From Candidatus Pacebacteria bacterium CG_4_9_14_0_2_um_filter_40_15 (lineage in GTDB: Bacteria; Patescibacteriota; Microgenomatia; UBA1400; PJMF01): a stretch of 64,000 nucleotides of DNA. The DNA lies in the NCBI GenBank assembly GCA_002788675.1, contig PFRS01000005.1:3731-67730 (forward strand). The letters run 5' to 3'. Within the stretch, counting starts at the first letter, position 1; the number at the start of each line of letters is the position of its first letter. A program made the position numbers and the translations under genes. This document shows, piece by piece, positions 18,016-27,466 of the stretch. A model generated the notes under the pieces. The model made no database searches. It was not told the origin of the DNA and worked only from the letters and a program-made list of their open reading frames with translations.

Positions 18016-18732
18016 TTACAAGAGTTTTAACCCAACACCATACTTCACAATCACCCAAACAGCACGGAAGGCATCCTTAAGTCCAATCTTCTTGCCTTCT
18101 TCGTAGGTTCGACCGTGGTATGAAATACCAACTTCGTAAATGCGTGCTTTTTTGTGAGCAATTTTGGCGGTAATTTCTGGTTCAATTCCAAATGAATTTT
18201 CAGTGATTACAATCTCTTGGAGTAACTCACGTCTAAACATCTTATACCCTGTTTCCATGTCAGATAAGTTTAAGTTATTAAAAATATTTGAGAGTGTTGT
18301 CAGACTCATGTTGGCTAAGTAATGCCAAAAATACACAACTCTATGTGCTGCACTGCCCATAAACCGTGATCCATACACAACATCTGCTCGATTATCGAGT
18401 AATGGTTGGAGCACTGCCGGAAGATCCTCGGGGTCATACTCAAGGTCAGCATCTTGAATCACAACAAACTCACCGGTTGCTTTGGCGATACCATCTCTGA
18501 GGGCTGCCCCTTTGCCTCCATTCTTTTCTCGAAGTATAAGAATGTCGATGTACTTCTTTTCATTTTTCTTTAATATTTCTCGAGTGTTGTCTTGAGATCC
18601 ATCATCAACCACAATAATTTCTAATTGAGGAAGTGGTGCTGCCATCAAAGCTTTGAGTGTTGCCTCAATTGTATTTTCTTCGTTATATGCTGGGATAACG
18701 ACGCTAAGTACCGGTTGCTTACTTTTTGCCAT
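18016..18732 (-). CDS. GT2 polyprenol-phosphate sugar synthase (DPM1/CsbB/ArnC-like)
   Basis: VLSVVIPAYNEENTIEATLKAL...IIVVDDGSQDNT...VIQDADLEYDP: the classic DPM1-like architecture. Confidence 0.8.
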   Translation of the reverse strand: MAKSKQPVLSVVIPAYNEENTIEATLKALMAAPLPQLEIIVVDDGSQDNTREILKKNEKKYIDILILREKNGGKGAALRDGIAKATGEFVVIQDADLEYDPEDLPAVLQPLLDNRADVVYGSRFMGSAAHRVVYFWHYLANMSLTTLSNIFNNLNLSDMETGYKMFRRELLQEIVITENSFGIEPEITAKIAHKKARIYEVGISYHGRTYEEGKKIGLKDAFRAVWVIVKYGVGLKLL

Positions 18733-19084
18733 GAGCGTTTTTCTTTCCTGTTGCTATTGCTTCATTGCGAATAGCTTCTTCTAATTTCTTTTGTAGGGTC
18801 TTAACAGTAAAGTAACTCATAAAGACAACTACTGAAAGTATCATAAAGGCTACAACAATGAGTAAATCAAATACTCGTGCAAAATTGAGTAGACCGGTAA
18901 CTCCCAGTAAGAGATGAGGGAACAATGCGATGACTATAAACCCAATCCAAACTGAGTTCCATGCCCACACTTCTGGCTTCGATAAGTTCTTCTTTTTGCC
19001 GTGAATTGTTACTACGTACATCATAAAGAGCGCAAAGAGAGCTGAAATTATTTGAAAAATGGTCATAATGTTATCCTCCACCAC
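18719..19084 (-). CDS. small 4-TM membrane protein (GtrA/DUF2304-like partner of polyprenol-P-sugar synthases; candidate flippase/accessory subunit)
   Basis: 121 aa with four hydrophobic segments. It overlaps both flanking GT2 genes and is sandwiched between two DPM1-like genes. Confidence 0.45.
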   Translation of the reverse strand: MVEDNIMTIFQIISALFALFMMYVVTIHGKKKNLSKPEVWAWNSVWIGFIVIALFPHLLLGVTGLLNFARVFDLLIVVAFMILSVVVFMSYFTVKTLQKKLEEAIRNEAIATGKKNAHGKK

Positions 19085-19758
19085 AGTATACTATGAAATA
19101 AATCGAGCGTATTGAGTACTGTCATACCTTTATCATGATCGTGATAGATAGTATCTATGGTAATACTTGTAAAAGGAAGTGCTTGTTTTGTAACTCTACA
19201 TGCTATTTCCATTTCAACTTGGTATCCTAATGAGTTCCATTTTATTTTGGAATATGCTTTTTTTGTAAATGCTTTGTAGCCAGATGGAATATCGGGAATT
19301 ATTGTTCCACCAAAGAGCAAATGAATGCTATAAGAGGCCATCTTGTTAAAAAAACGCTTAAAAAAGGGCATCTGAGCGTCTACACGCCTGGCACCAAACA
19401 CGACTTCTGACTTTGTTTTGGTTAGAGCTTCTAAAAACCTAGGTAATTCTGCTGGATTGTGTTGATCATCGCTATCCATAAGAATTACAACATCGGCACC
19501 TAAAGAGTTAAATGCATACTCGCAACCTGTCTTTAGCGCAGCTCCTTTTCCAAGATTTACTTTGTGCCTAAGCACATGTGTTAGTTCTTGTTTTGCTTGT
19601 TCTGCTGTATCATCTGTAGAACCATCATCAATGAAAATAATATTGTTCGTGTGACTCTTAACTTTTTTAAGCACCGTTCTTAAGTAAGCAGCTTCATTGA
19701 AACCTGGCATCACAATCCAGACATTTTTGGGTAACTGAGTGTTACTTTGCTTCATCAA
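19063..19758 (-). CDS. GT2 polyprenol-phosphate sugar synthase (DPM1/ArnC-like), second copy
   Basis: VWIVMPGFNEAAYLRTVLKKV...IIFIDDGSTDDTAEQA...ILMDSDDQHNP. Confidence 0.8.
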   Translation of the reverse strand: MMKQSNTQLPKNVWIVMPGFNEAAYLRTVLKKVKSHTNNIIFIDDGSTDDTAEQAKQELTHVLRHKVNLGKGAALKTGCEYAFNSLGADVVILMDSDDQHNPAELPRFLEALTKTKSEVVFGARRVDAQMPFFKRFFNKMASYSIHLLFGGTIIPDIPSGYKAFTKKAYSKIKWNSLGYQVEMEIACRVTKQALPFTSITIDTIYHDHDKGMTVLNTLDLFHSILWWRITL

Positions 19759-20680
19759 AATTTTCTTCCCAATAGTTCATAAAGTACTCCACGACTCCTT
19801 TTACTCCTTCAGAAAATGCGACTTTAGCCTCCCAGTCCAACTCTTTTCGAGCTTTTGACGCGTCAGCATACAGTTTGAGTGGATCTCCTGGTCTGGCAGG
19901 AAAATGTTTGACCGTAGCTTTTTTATGCATTGTTTCTTCAATAATTGAAACAAGATCAAGCACAGATGAAGGTTTTTCTGTTGAAAGATTAAAGTAATGA
20001 TATTTCTCTGGATTACTCCATGCATAGTCAAGCGCTTTAAGATGAGCGTCAACTATGTCTGAGATATGAATGTAATCTCGAAGATGTTCACCACTTCCCC
20101 AAACGGTCACTTCTTTATCTTGGTAGATCTGTTTAATGAATCTTGGCAGTGCATGCGATTCTGGCTCATGATGCTCTTCTGGTCCATATAAATTAAAGTA
20201 CCGCAGAGCTACTCCTGTAAATTTATGAGCCTGCACATAGCTTGAAAGTAAACCTTCAATAGCTAACTTTGTCATGCCATACGGATTAATAGGAATTGTT
20301 CGATCATCTTCTTTAATAGGAATATGGAGTGGTTCACCATAGACGGCAGCACTGGAACTAAAAATAAATGTGTTAATGCCATTTTCTCTCATTGCATCTA
20401 ACACAGAAAGTGTTCCATCAATATTATTATCAATGAATTTTTGTGGTTCTTTTACTGATTCTCCTGCCTCTATTAAACTAGCGAGGTGAAAAACAGCATC
20501 AGCATCTTTAATTTCTACAAGCATTCTTTTTTTATCTTGAACATCTGCTAAGACTGTTTCGAATTCTTTACTTTGTCGAAGATCAATATTCTTAACTTCA
20601 TATCCTGCTTGTATAAGCGCTCGGAGTAAATGAGTTCCTAAAAAACCAGATCCTCCGGTAACAATAATTCTTTTTTTCAT
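19742..20680 (-). CDS. galE: UDP-glucose 4-epimerase
   Basis: TGGSGFLGTHL, FSSSAAVYGEP, NPYGMTKLAIE (YxxxK), ALRYFNLYGP, RDYIHISDIVDAH and HFPARPGDPLKLYADASKARKELDW align block-by-block with E. coli GalE. Confidence 0.8.
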   Translation of the reverse strand: MKKRIIVTGGSGFLGTHLLRALIQAGYEVKNIDLRQSKEFETVLADVQDKKRMLVEIKDADAVFHLASLIEAGESVKEPQKFIDNNIDGTLSVLDAMRENGINTFIFSSSAAVYGEPLHIPIKEDDRTIPINPYGMTKLAIEGLLSSYVQAHKFTGVALRYFNLYGPEEHHEPESHALPRFIKQIYQDKEVTVWGSGEHLRDYIHISDIVDAHLKALDYAWSNPEKYHYFNLSTEKPSSVLDLVSIIEETMHKKATVKHFPARPGDPLKLYADASKARKELDWEAKVAFSEGVKGVVEYFMNYWEENFDEAK

Positions 20681-20690
20681 CTTAGACCTC

Positions 20691-21863
20691 CTAGGCTATC
20701 CAGTACCCTTGAATAAAGAGTACTGTGTTGAGTATCAAAAGTATACTTGATATCCCGTACCAGGCAAAGCGCAATTTGGGTTTATCCTCCAACCACTTCG
20801 CAATAACGAGAAACATTGGGAAACATACCAGAATATAGCGTGGCATACTAGAAAATGTCCCTGTAAGGGTTGGTAACAGAAAAGCTAAAGACGAAAAGAC
20901 TAAGTATGATGGACGAAGCTTCTTGATCCAGCCTACAATGAGAGTTGTGAGTGCTAGTATACTGAGTGCAAATTCTTGAGTATATGCAAAGAACTTCCAA
21001 TTTTGCCAGTCTACCGTTACAAATATTTTTATGTAGCGGACAAGTACCTGTGGTAGTAGTATGAGTGATTCAGATCGTCCACCTCCAAATTCTTCTTGGA
21101 CATGAAAGAAATACAGCGGATCACGGAATTCAATCCATAAAAATATCATGTACAGCAGTAAGCCACCAGCAGACAAGAAAATAGTTATAAGTTTTGTGAA
21201 ATCTGTGAAATTAATTTCGTGAAGCAACTTTTTGGGATGTGAAATAAATTGACTTTGCAACAAGTTTCTTTGATACAAGTACTCAATCACAAGGGCTGGG
21301 AGTAGCGCAATTCCAATTACTTTTGTTCCGCTAGCTACAGCTGCCAGAATAATCGCATACATCCATTGTTTTTTTTTGGCAAAATAGAATGAAGAAAGAA
21401 TTAAAAGTAAAAAGAGCGACTCAGTGTAGACTGCAGCAAAGAAAAAACTGGTTGGAAAAAGTAGGAGTAGGCCGAGTGAAATATGTGAAATACTTTTTGT
21501 GAATTCTTTTTCAAACAACTTACTCCAAATAAGTAAGACACCAAAGAAAGAGACAAGTGAGATGATCTGGCCAGATATGATTGCGTTGATATGAAAGAGG
21601 CCATCAAGCCAAATCAATCCTGGATACACCGGAAAGAAGGCTTGTATCAGACCAGTTCCTATATACCCATGAGACACAATCGTAAGATAGTGAACGCCAT
21701 CAAAATTGGCCCAAGAGTATATCCAGCGTGGAAGATTATAGTTTGGCAAGATTGCGTCTGCATATGGGAATGTAGGCGCATAGAGCAAGAACAAATCAGC
21801 TAAGAAAGATAGGCAGTACAAACCAAGTAACCAAAGACTAAATTGTACTAAAAGTCTTTTCAT
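20691..21863 (-). CDS. multi-pass membrane protein, PIG-V/GT87 (DUF2029)-like mannosyltransferase-type GT-C
   Basis: WANFDGVHYLTIVSHGY resembles the W..WDG.WYL.IAE.GY motif of PIG-V/PimE-type GT-C enzymes. At least 9 TM helices. Confidence 0.5.
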   Translation of the reverse strand: MKRLLVQFSLWLLGLYCLSFLADLFLLYAPTFPYADAILPNYNLPRWIYSWANFDGVHYLTIVSHGYIGTGLIQAFFPVYPGLIWLDGLFHINAIISGQIISLVSFFGVLLIWSKLFEKEFTKSISHISLGLLLLFPTSFFFAAVYTESLFLLLILSSFYFAKKKQWMYAIILAAVASGTKVIGIALLPALVIEYLYQRNLLQSQFISHPKKLLHEINFTDFTKLITIFLSAGGLLLYMIFLWIEFRDPLYFFHVQEEFGGGRSESLILLPQVLVRYIKIFVTVDWQNWKFFAYTQEFALSILALTTLIVGWIKKLRPSYLVFSSLAFLLPTLTGTFSSMPRYILVCFPMFLVIAKWLEDKPKLRFAWYGISSILLILNTVLFIQGYWIA

Positions 21864-23521
21864 ACTTTTTTCTTATATCCTAATCCTAAATAGAAAACAA
21901 CAAATAATGTAATGAAAAATGCAGCATTTCCAATGAGCCTGGGCCAGGTGCGTTGTGTGAATTCTGTAGCAATTGCGTACTCACCAGGGGCTAATGTGAA
22001 GGCCACTCTCCCTTTAATCTCATCAGAATTGGTGTATTCAACAAGCGTCCCATTCACTCTTGTTTCCCAACCAGGGAAGTACATAACTGGTTCAACAATA
22101 GTAATATCTTCAGTTGTAGCCACAGTATAGACGTGTTCTCTTCCCGTCCAAAGCTGTGTAAGTAGTGTTGTATCTGTATTTTTTGTTAGAGTTATAGCTG
22201 AAGGTGCCCAAGAACCTATGGCAGAATAAGTAAAATCTTTAGCCATATTTTCATTTTGTGTTGAGGTTGTAAGCGTAAAGTTTTCGTAGTCTACATTTTT
22301 TTTTGTAAACGTATCGGCTGGTGCTAATTTTACTAACGGTACAATCGAAAACAACCAAACTACAGACAGTACTATAAATATCTTCTTTGAGATTCTTCCC
22401 AAAAGTGTTGCAGCTAGTGGAACACTAAAGGTGAAAAAGAAGAGTGCCCATCGCCAAGGAAATTGCATAAATCGCATAAATGGAAGCGTTCGCCAAATTG
22501 CTTGAGAACTATCCAGCTGCATAAACAAGGCAAGTAAAGCCGAGAATGATACAAAAAGGCTAAGTAACCATTTTTTAGCTTCTTTCGTTTTACTGTTCTT
22601 AATACTCAAGACCAAAGATAAAATCAACGTTAGCATTGGCAGCACCATAGAGGTAAAGCCTATTTTGAAGCCTAGAGAGTCTATAGTACCAATAAGAGAA
22701 TATCCAAATTGTTGTGGTGCTGAGAATAATTCTTTTAAGGTTACAAAATGTTGTGTGTACTCTCTTTGATTATCAGTTTGACCAATAACCGTGGCGTTCA
22801 TTTCTGTTAATGCAGGTAACCAAAACCAAAGTGTTGCACCCAGTGCAATACTACCAACTAAGGCTGCCCGCTTCCAACTTGCAAGCTGTTTCCTAAAGAC
22901 AATAGCTGCATACACAAAAAGAAATGGTACAGCAAAAACTACAGTAATATTATGTGAAAGCAAGAAAGCAGCAACTGCAGCGCCCATAAGTACTAATTGC
23001 CTGCCGGATTTTTTTAAATTGAGCCAATGAATAAGTGTAAACATCCAAGGTAACAGTGCATATGCAAGTATTTCTCCTATATTTCCTCTATATGCTAAAA
23101 GTGAAACTACATAAGGTGTCGTAAGCCAGACTAGTGCAGTAAAGACACGTATTTCTCGTTTAGAAGTGAAAAAGCCTGACCAAGAAAATACTCCAATACT
23201 TCCACCAAATAGTCCTGAGAGAACTAAGATGCTAAACGTTGTTTCGTAAGAAACTTTAGCAAAAGAAAAAGGCAACGACAAAATATTTGCCAATGGATAA
23301 TTATAATTAAAAACAGGATACCCAAAGTGATTATGCAGTACCGGAGCGATTCTAGGTGGAATTTGGAGTTCTCTAACGGCAATTTTATAGTTTGCAAAAC
23401 GAGCAAGATGATTTTCACCGTCGTGTGTGTAAGGAAACTGTGGAGCTACATAGAATCGAGCAACAAAAAAAGTAAAACCCAATAATAGCAATCCAATTTT
23501 TAAAAGCCCACTTTTTTTCAT
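21860..23521 (-). CDS. YfhO-like variant GT-C membrane protein (paralog 1 of 3)
   Basis: N-terminal motif HDGENHLARFANYKIAVRELQIPPR...FGYPVFNYNYPL is shared with the ORFs at 30567 and 49746. Many TM helices, a C-terminal soluble domain and a terminal TM. Has an ATGA overlap with the downstream gene. Confidence 0.55.
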   Translation of the reverse strand: MKKSGLLKIGLLLLGFTFFVARFYVAPQFPYTHDGENHLARFANYKIAVRELQIPPRIAPVLHNHFGYPVFNYNYPLANILSLPFSFAKVSYETTFSILVLSGLFGGSIGVFSWSGFFTSKREIRVFTALVWLTTPYVVSLLAYRGNIGEILAYALLPWMFTLIHWLNLKKSGRQLVLMGAAVAAFLLSHNITVVFAVPFLFVYAAIVFRKQLASWKRAALVGSIALGATLWFWLPALTEMNATVIGQTDNQREYTQHFVTLKELFSAPQQFGYSLIGTIDSLGFKIGFTSMVLPMLTLILSLVLSIKNSKTKEAKKWLLSLFVSFSALLALFMQLDSSQAIWRTLPFMRFMQFPWRWALFFFTFSVPLAATLLGRISKKIFIVLSVVWLFSIVPLVKLAPADTFTKKNVDYENFTLTTSTQNENMAKDFTYSAIGSWAPSAITLTKNTDTTLLTQLWTGREHVYTVATTEDITIVEPVMYFPGWETRVNGTLVEYTNSDEIKGRVAFTLAPGEYAIATEFTQRTWPRLIGNAAFFITLFVVFYLGLGYKKKV

Positions 23522-23527
23522 ATCAGG

Positions 23528-24574
23528 TTAATGACTAGCAACTTGCTCATACACTTTCTTTGTTTCTTGTGCAGTTTTTTTCCAAGTAAATGTCTTCTGC
23601 CAAGAAGAAGCTGATGCCACCCACCTCTCTCTTTTTGATTTAGACCATTCATTAATAGATAGAACTGCTTGCGCAAAGGCTTCAGCAGTGGGTTCTACCA
23701 ACAAAGCATGATCTCCTGCTACTTCAGTAAGTGATGATGTGTTGCTGCTAATAACAGGCACTCTGCATTTCATTGCTTCAAGCAGTGGTAACCCAAAACC
23801 TTCATACAATGATGGCTGTATGTAAGCAATCGCACCTGAATAGAGAGCTGAGAGTTCATCGGTTGCGTCAACAAGAACATCAGTCAAAAAGTGGACTCTT
23901 TCTCCAACATTTGAAAGTGCAAGCTGCTGTTCAACCCATTTCCATTCAGGAATAGGTTCTGGAGTGAAGTTTTTGCCCACGCAAACTAGATGAATCGACT
24001 CAGGTAAGAACTTAAGTGTTTTAATTAGTTGTGGAATATTTTTATTATAGTTAATGTCACCCACATATAACACATATTGTTTGGGGAGTGCGTATTTTTT
24101 ACGAACTTTTGCAATGGCATATTCACTTTGAGGTTCTAAAGAAGGATTAGATGCTAAATATATAACGTGAATCTTACTTTCAGGAACTCCCAAATGCTTA
24201 ATAATATCTTTTTTTGAACTTTCTGAATCAGTTATCACTGCAGACACGAACTTTAGTGCAAGTTTTTGCTTATTAAATCGCAACTTACCTTTCACTCCTG
24301 CCGGATAGAATTCTGGGAAAATAAGCGGAATAACATCATGAATAGTAACTACGGTCTTAACTTTTCTGATAACTGAAAGTGTATCAAAAAATAAATCAAA
24401 AAAAGGATAATGTACTACATCTATATGCTTTGGTTGATCTTCAGCCGAAGATTTAACAACAGAAATATCATTAAATTCTTCTAATTCGTGTAGTAAATTA
24501 CGCGTATAACTACCAATCCCTCTGGCAGCGTGTCCGGTTCCAAGTGGGAGGGTATCAATAAGTACAGTTAACAT
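23528..24574 (-). CDS. GT4 (GT1-fold) glycosyltransferase
   Basis: PSLYEGFGLPLLEAMKCRVPVISS is the E-x7-E motif. Confidence 0.8.
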   Translation of the reverse strand: MLTVLIDTLPLGTGHAARGIGSYTRNLLHELEEFNDISVVKSSAEDQPKHIDVVHYPFFDLFFDTLSVIRKVKTVVTIHDVIPLIFPEFYPAGVKGKLRFNKQKLALKFVSAVITDSESSKKDIIKHLGVPESKIHVIYLASNPSLEPQSEYAIAKVRKKYALPKQYVLYVGDINYNKNIPQLIKTLKFLPESIHLVCVGKNFTPEPIPEWKWVEQQLALSNVGERVHFLTDVLVDATDELSALYSGAIAYIQPSLYEGFGLPLLEAMKCRVPVISSNTSSLTEVAGDHALLVEPTAEAFAQAVLSINEWSKSKRERWVASASSWQKTFTWKKTAQETKKVYEQVASH

Positions 24575-24578
24575 AGAT

Positions 24579-25352
24579 TTACTTTTCTGAAAGTTCCCAT
24601 AATTTTATATATGCAATTGGAAAATGTAAGGAACTCATTAGGGCAAACATAAAACCTGGAATGCCATCAACGTATCCTCTATGTCGAGCGTAGATGCTAA
24701 AAAAAGTTACTAATGGTTTTTTGACCAAATAATCCAGACTTGTAGTAAAAGAAATTGTAGTGTGCTTCTTATGCAACTTTTCAGCTGTGAATGAAGTGTA
24801 TGTATTGAATTTTCGTAAATAGTCAGCAAAAGTAGGGTTACTATAATGAATGAGATGGCCATTGGCTGTGCCAATAGATCCTTCAACTTCCATTTGTTCG
24901 TGCACATCTTTTTGAGGAAGTCTTGCTTTTCCTTTGAGGTACAATCTAATTACTGAATCAGGATATTGGCCACCCTTTGTAAGATAACTGCCTAAGAAAA
25001 GATTCTTACGTGGAATCCACCAGGCAGAATCAGTTGGTGTAGTACCTTCTTTAATATCATTTTTTAGTTGTTTAATATAGTTTGCTAGATCATCATCAAC
25101 AACCTCGTCTGCATCTAACTGTAAAACTATATCGCCGGTTGCAGCATCCATAGCCATTTGTTTGTTGATATGAAAGTTGGATTTATTTGTTGTTTCGATG
25201 ATTTTCTTAGTGTATTTCTTTGCAATCTCTACCGAGTTATCAGTCGAGCTACCATCAACAACAACTATTTCATCAGCAATCAGTTTCACTGAATCTAAAC
25301 ACCGCGCCAGATTCTGTTCTTCGTTATATATAGCTAAAACTACAGATAGCAT
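24579..25352 (-). CDS. GT2 family glycosyltransferase (WaaE/KdtX-like short GT2)
   Basis: LSVVLAIYNEEQNLARCLDSV...IVVVDGSSTDNS...LQLDADE. Confidence 0.75.
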   Translation of the reverse strand: MLSVVLAIYNEEQNLARCLDSVKLIADEIVVVDGSSTDNSVEIAKKYTKKIIETTNKSNFHINKQMAMDAATGDIVLQLDADEVVDDDLANYIKQLKNDIKEGTTPTDSAWWIPRKNLFLGSYLTKGGQYPDSVIRLYLKGKARLPQKDVHEQMEVEGSIGTANGHLIHYSNPTFADYLRKFNTYTSFTAEKLHKKHTTISFTTSLDYLVKKPLVTFFSIYARHRGYVDGIPGFMFALMSSLHFPIAYIKLWELSEK

Positions 25353-25438
25353 ATGACTTTCTTTGTAAACTACATAAGCATTGTATCAAACCCAGAGAAA
25401 AGAGTATAACGAAAGTCTTATCTTGAGCATTCTTGTTA

Positions 25439-27283
25439 CTACCAGTCCAAGTCTTTGATCCAAAGTGAACAAAATTCATCAATACTCTGAGTATCAATTG
25501 AAAGTTGCTGACTTTTCTGAACATGAACAAATGTGGTTGCGTATGCTGCACAGAGAGAATCTCCATAGATATCTATCTTTCCCCCGCTATCTAATATTGC
25601 AGAGATAGATAATACTTTTTGATTTGCATCAGCTATCGCTTCATCGTGATTTGCTTCGAGACTAGGTTTAGGGCAAGAATCATGATTTGTGTGAACAATT
25701 ATTAACTCATCTGAAGAAGCTACTCTAGACTTTATCTCATTAGATTGTGGAGCACATGCTGATTTGAAGCTAATATGTTCAAAGTCATACTCTGCATTTG
25801 TACTTGTATATGCTGGGTATAGTTGCATTTGCTCAGCAACTGCATCTTTAGTATTTGTTGATAACAAGTCTTCATACAACAGATAACTCCAAAAATCGAA
25901 TTCTGGCTCGTTGCTATACACAACAATTCTTTTCTGTGGATTTTCAGTAACAGTATGATGGATGTACTTTGCAAGTATTCTTTCGTCAAAATTGCTCCAG
26001 TCTAAACTCATAATTGGATATCTGTACCAATAGTTATAAGTGAAATTTAAAATGCTCAACATATATACTGCTATAAAAATATATTTTACATACTTCTTTG
26101 AATTAATAAGCGCTAATCCCCATCCCAAAACTACAATAATTAACAGATAGCTATACATACTTCTAAGTAAATACCAGTCTGAACCTGTATTAATAAGTGT
26201 TGGTAAACAAAGCGTCAGGATTCCTCCTATAAGTACTAACCCACTCGTTCTGGTTTTTCTTGAGATACACAAGGCAGACACGCCAATGAAGAATAAGACT
26301 ATATCCATCCAATAGAAGACTCCGTGAGTCCAAACACTAAAACCACTTACATTGGGTTCGATAGTTAAAAACAAAGTATGTAGATTAAAAACTCCTAGTA
26401 ACTTCTCTAACATGAAAAAAAGTATTGCCGTAAACTTATTGCTCAAAAGATTCAAAAGTGGATTTGTCAGAGTTAACCTTCTTTCAGAATTCACCACATT
26501 CGTTAAATATGACAAGTCATTAAATATTAGATCAGACAATCTTGCTGAAGCTGATTGTTGAGGCAATAAAATGAATCCATATAATGCAACGCCAATTAAT
26601 CCCAGTAACACAACAAGTAGGTGTATTCTTTTATTTTTAATTATCTGAATAATTTCGGAATACTTCCATTTTTTTATTTCTGCACTTATTTTTAAGGCAA
26701 GAAAGAAAATAATAAGAGGTACTAACAATAATTTAAACCCTTGATATTGAAAGAAACCTAAAATATAGAAGGGAATGCTTAACAAAACAAATTTTAATTT
26801 TGGTTGAATAAAGAGTGATCCGGCCAACATATAAAACCAGATACTATAGAAAACATCATAACTTAATCTACTCATTTGCCAAAATAATGGGCTGAAAACA
26901 AAGAGAATCCATACTGCTTTTGTGACATCCTCTCTTTTCCAGATTCCATGTACAAATGCAGCTAAAACGAATGGAAGTGTTATCCCCATTAATGCAGATA
27001 CTAAGTGTGTGGAAAATAATGGATTTCTGCCAAAGTGAAATCCCAAACTCATGATTTGGGCAGACCACTCAGCATACATTGGATGAATAGGCTGTATGGA
27101 ATAATAGCTTTGCTTTTGGTCGAGTGACTTTCCTTGTACTACAAACGACTTAGCTTGAATAGCATAGACCATTTCATCATGCGTTAATGTTGCAGGCACT
27201 TGACCTAATTTCCACAGACGAGACCACATTAGAAATAAGAGAACCGCTATAAAAATAAGTTTTTCTGCAGTAGAAAGTTTCAT
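25439..27283 (-). CDS. PMT_2/ArnT-like GT-C membrane glycosyltransferase
   Basis: THDEMVYAIQAKSFVVQGKS...IHPMYAEW after TM1, about 11 TM helices, and a C-terminal soluble domain. Confidence 0.6.
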   Translation of the reverse strand: MKLSTAEKLIFIAVLLFLMWSRLWKLGQVPATLTHDEMVYAIQAKSFVVQGKSLDQKQSYYSIQPIHPMYAEWSAQIMSLGFHFGRNPLFSTHLVSALMGITLPFVLAAFVHGIWKREDVTKAVWILFVFSPLFWQMSRLSYDVFYSIWFYMLAGSLFIQPKLKFVLLSIPFYILGFFQYQGFKLLLVPLIIFFLALKISAEIKKWKYSEIIQIIKNKRIHLLVVLLGLIGVALYGFILLPQQSASARLSDLIFNDLSYLTNVVNSERRLTLTNPLLNLLSNKFTAILFFMLEKLLGVFNLHTLFLTIEPNVSGFSVWTHGVFYWMDIVLFFIGVSALCISRKTRTSGLVLIGGILTLCLPTLINTGSDWYLLRSMYSYLLIIVVLGWGLALINSKKYVKYIFIAVYMLSILNFTYNYWYRYPIMSLDWSNFDERILAKYIHHTVTENPQKRIVVYSNEPEFDFWSYLLYEDLLSTNTKDAVAEQMQLYPAYTSTNAEYDFEHISFKSACAPQSNEIKSRVASSDELIIVHTNHDSCPKPSLEANHDEAIADANQKVLSISAILDSGGKIDIYGDSLCAAYATTFVHVQKSQQLSIDTQSIDEFCSLWIKDLDW

Positions 27284-27466
27284 ATATTTATATCGAGTAT
27301 ACAGTATTTTTATTACAAAAGTATGACTTAGTTATTGATTCTCATTGTGCATTTGAGAAATCGTTTTGTTCTTTATTATCTAAAAGCCTGAGTATACAAT
27401 GAACTCAAGACATTTAATTTGAATGATTAGATACTCTGATATATATTTTGTTTTGATGCAGACAAC

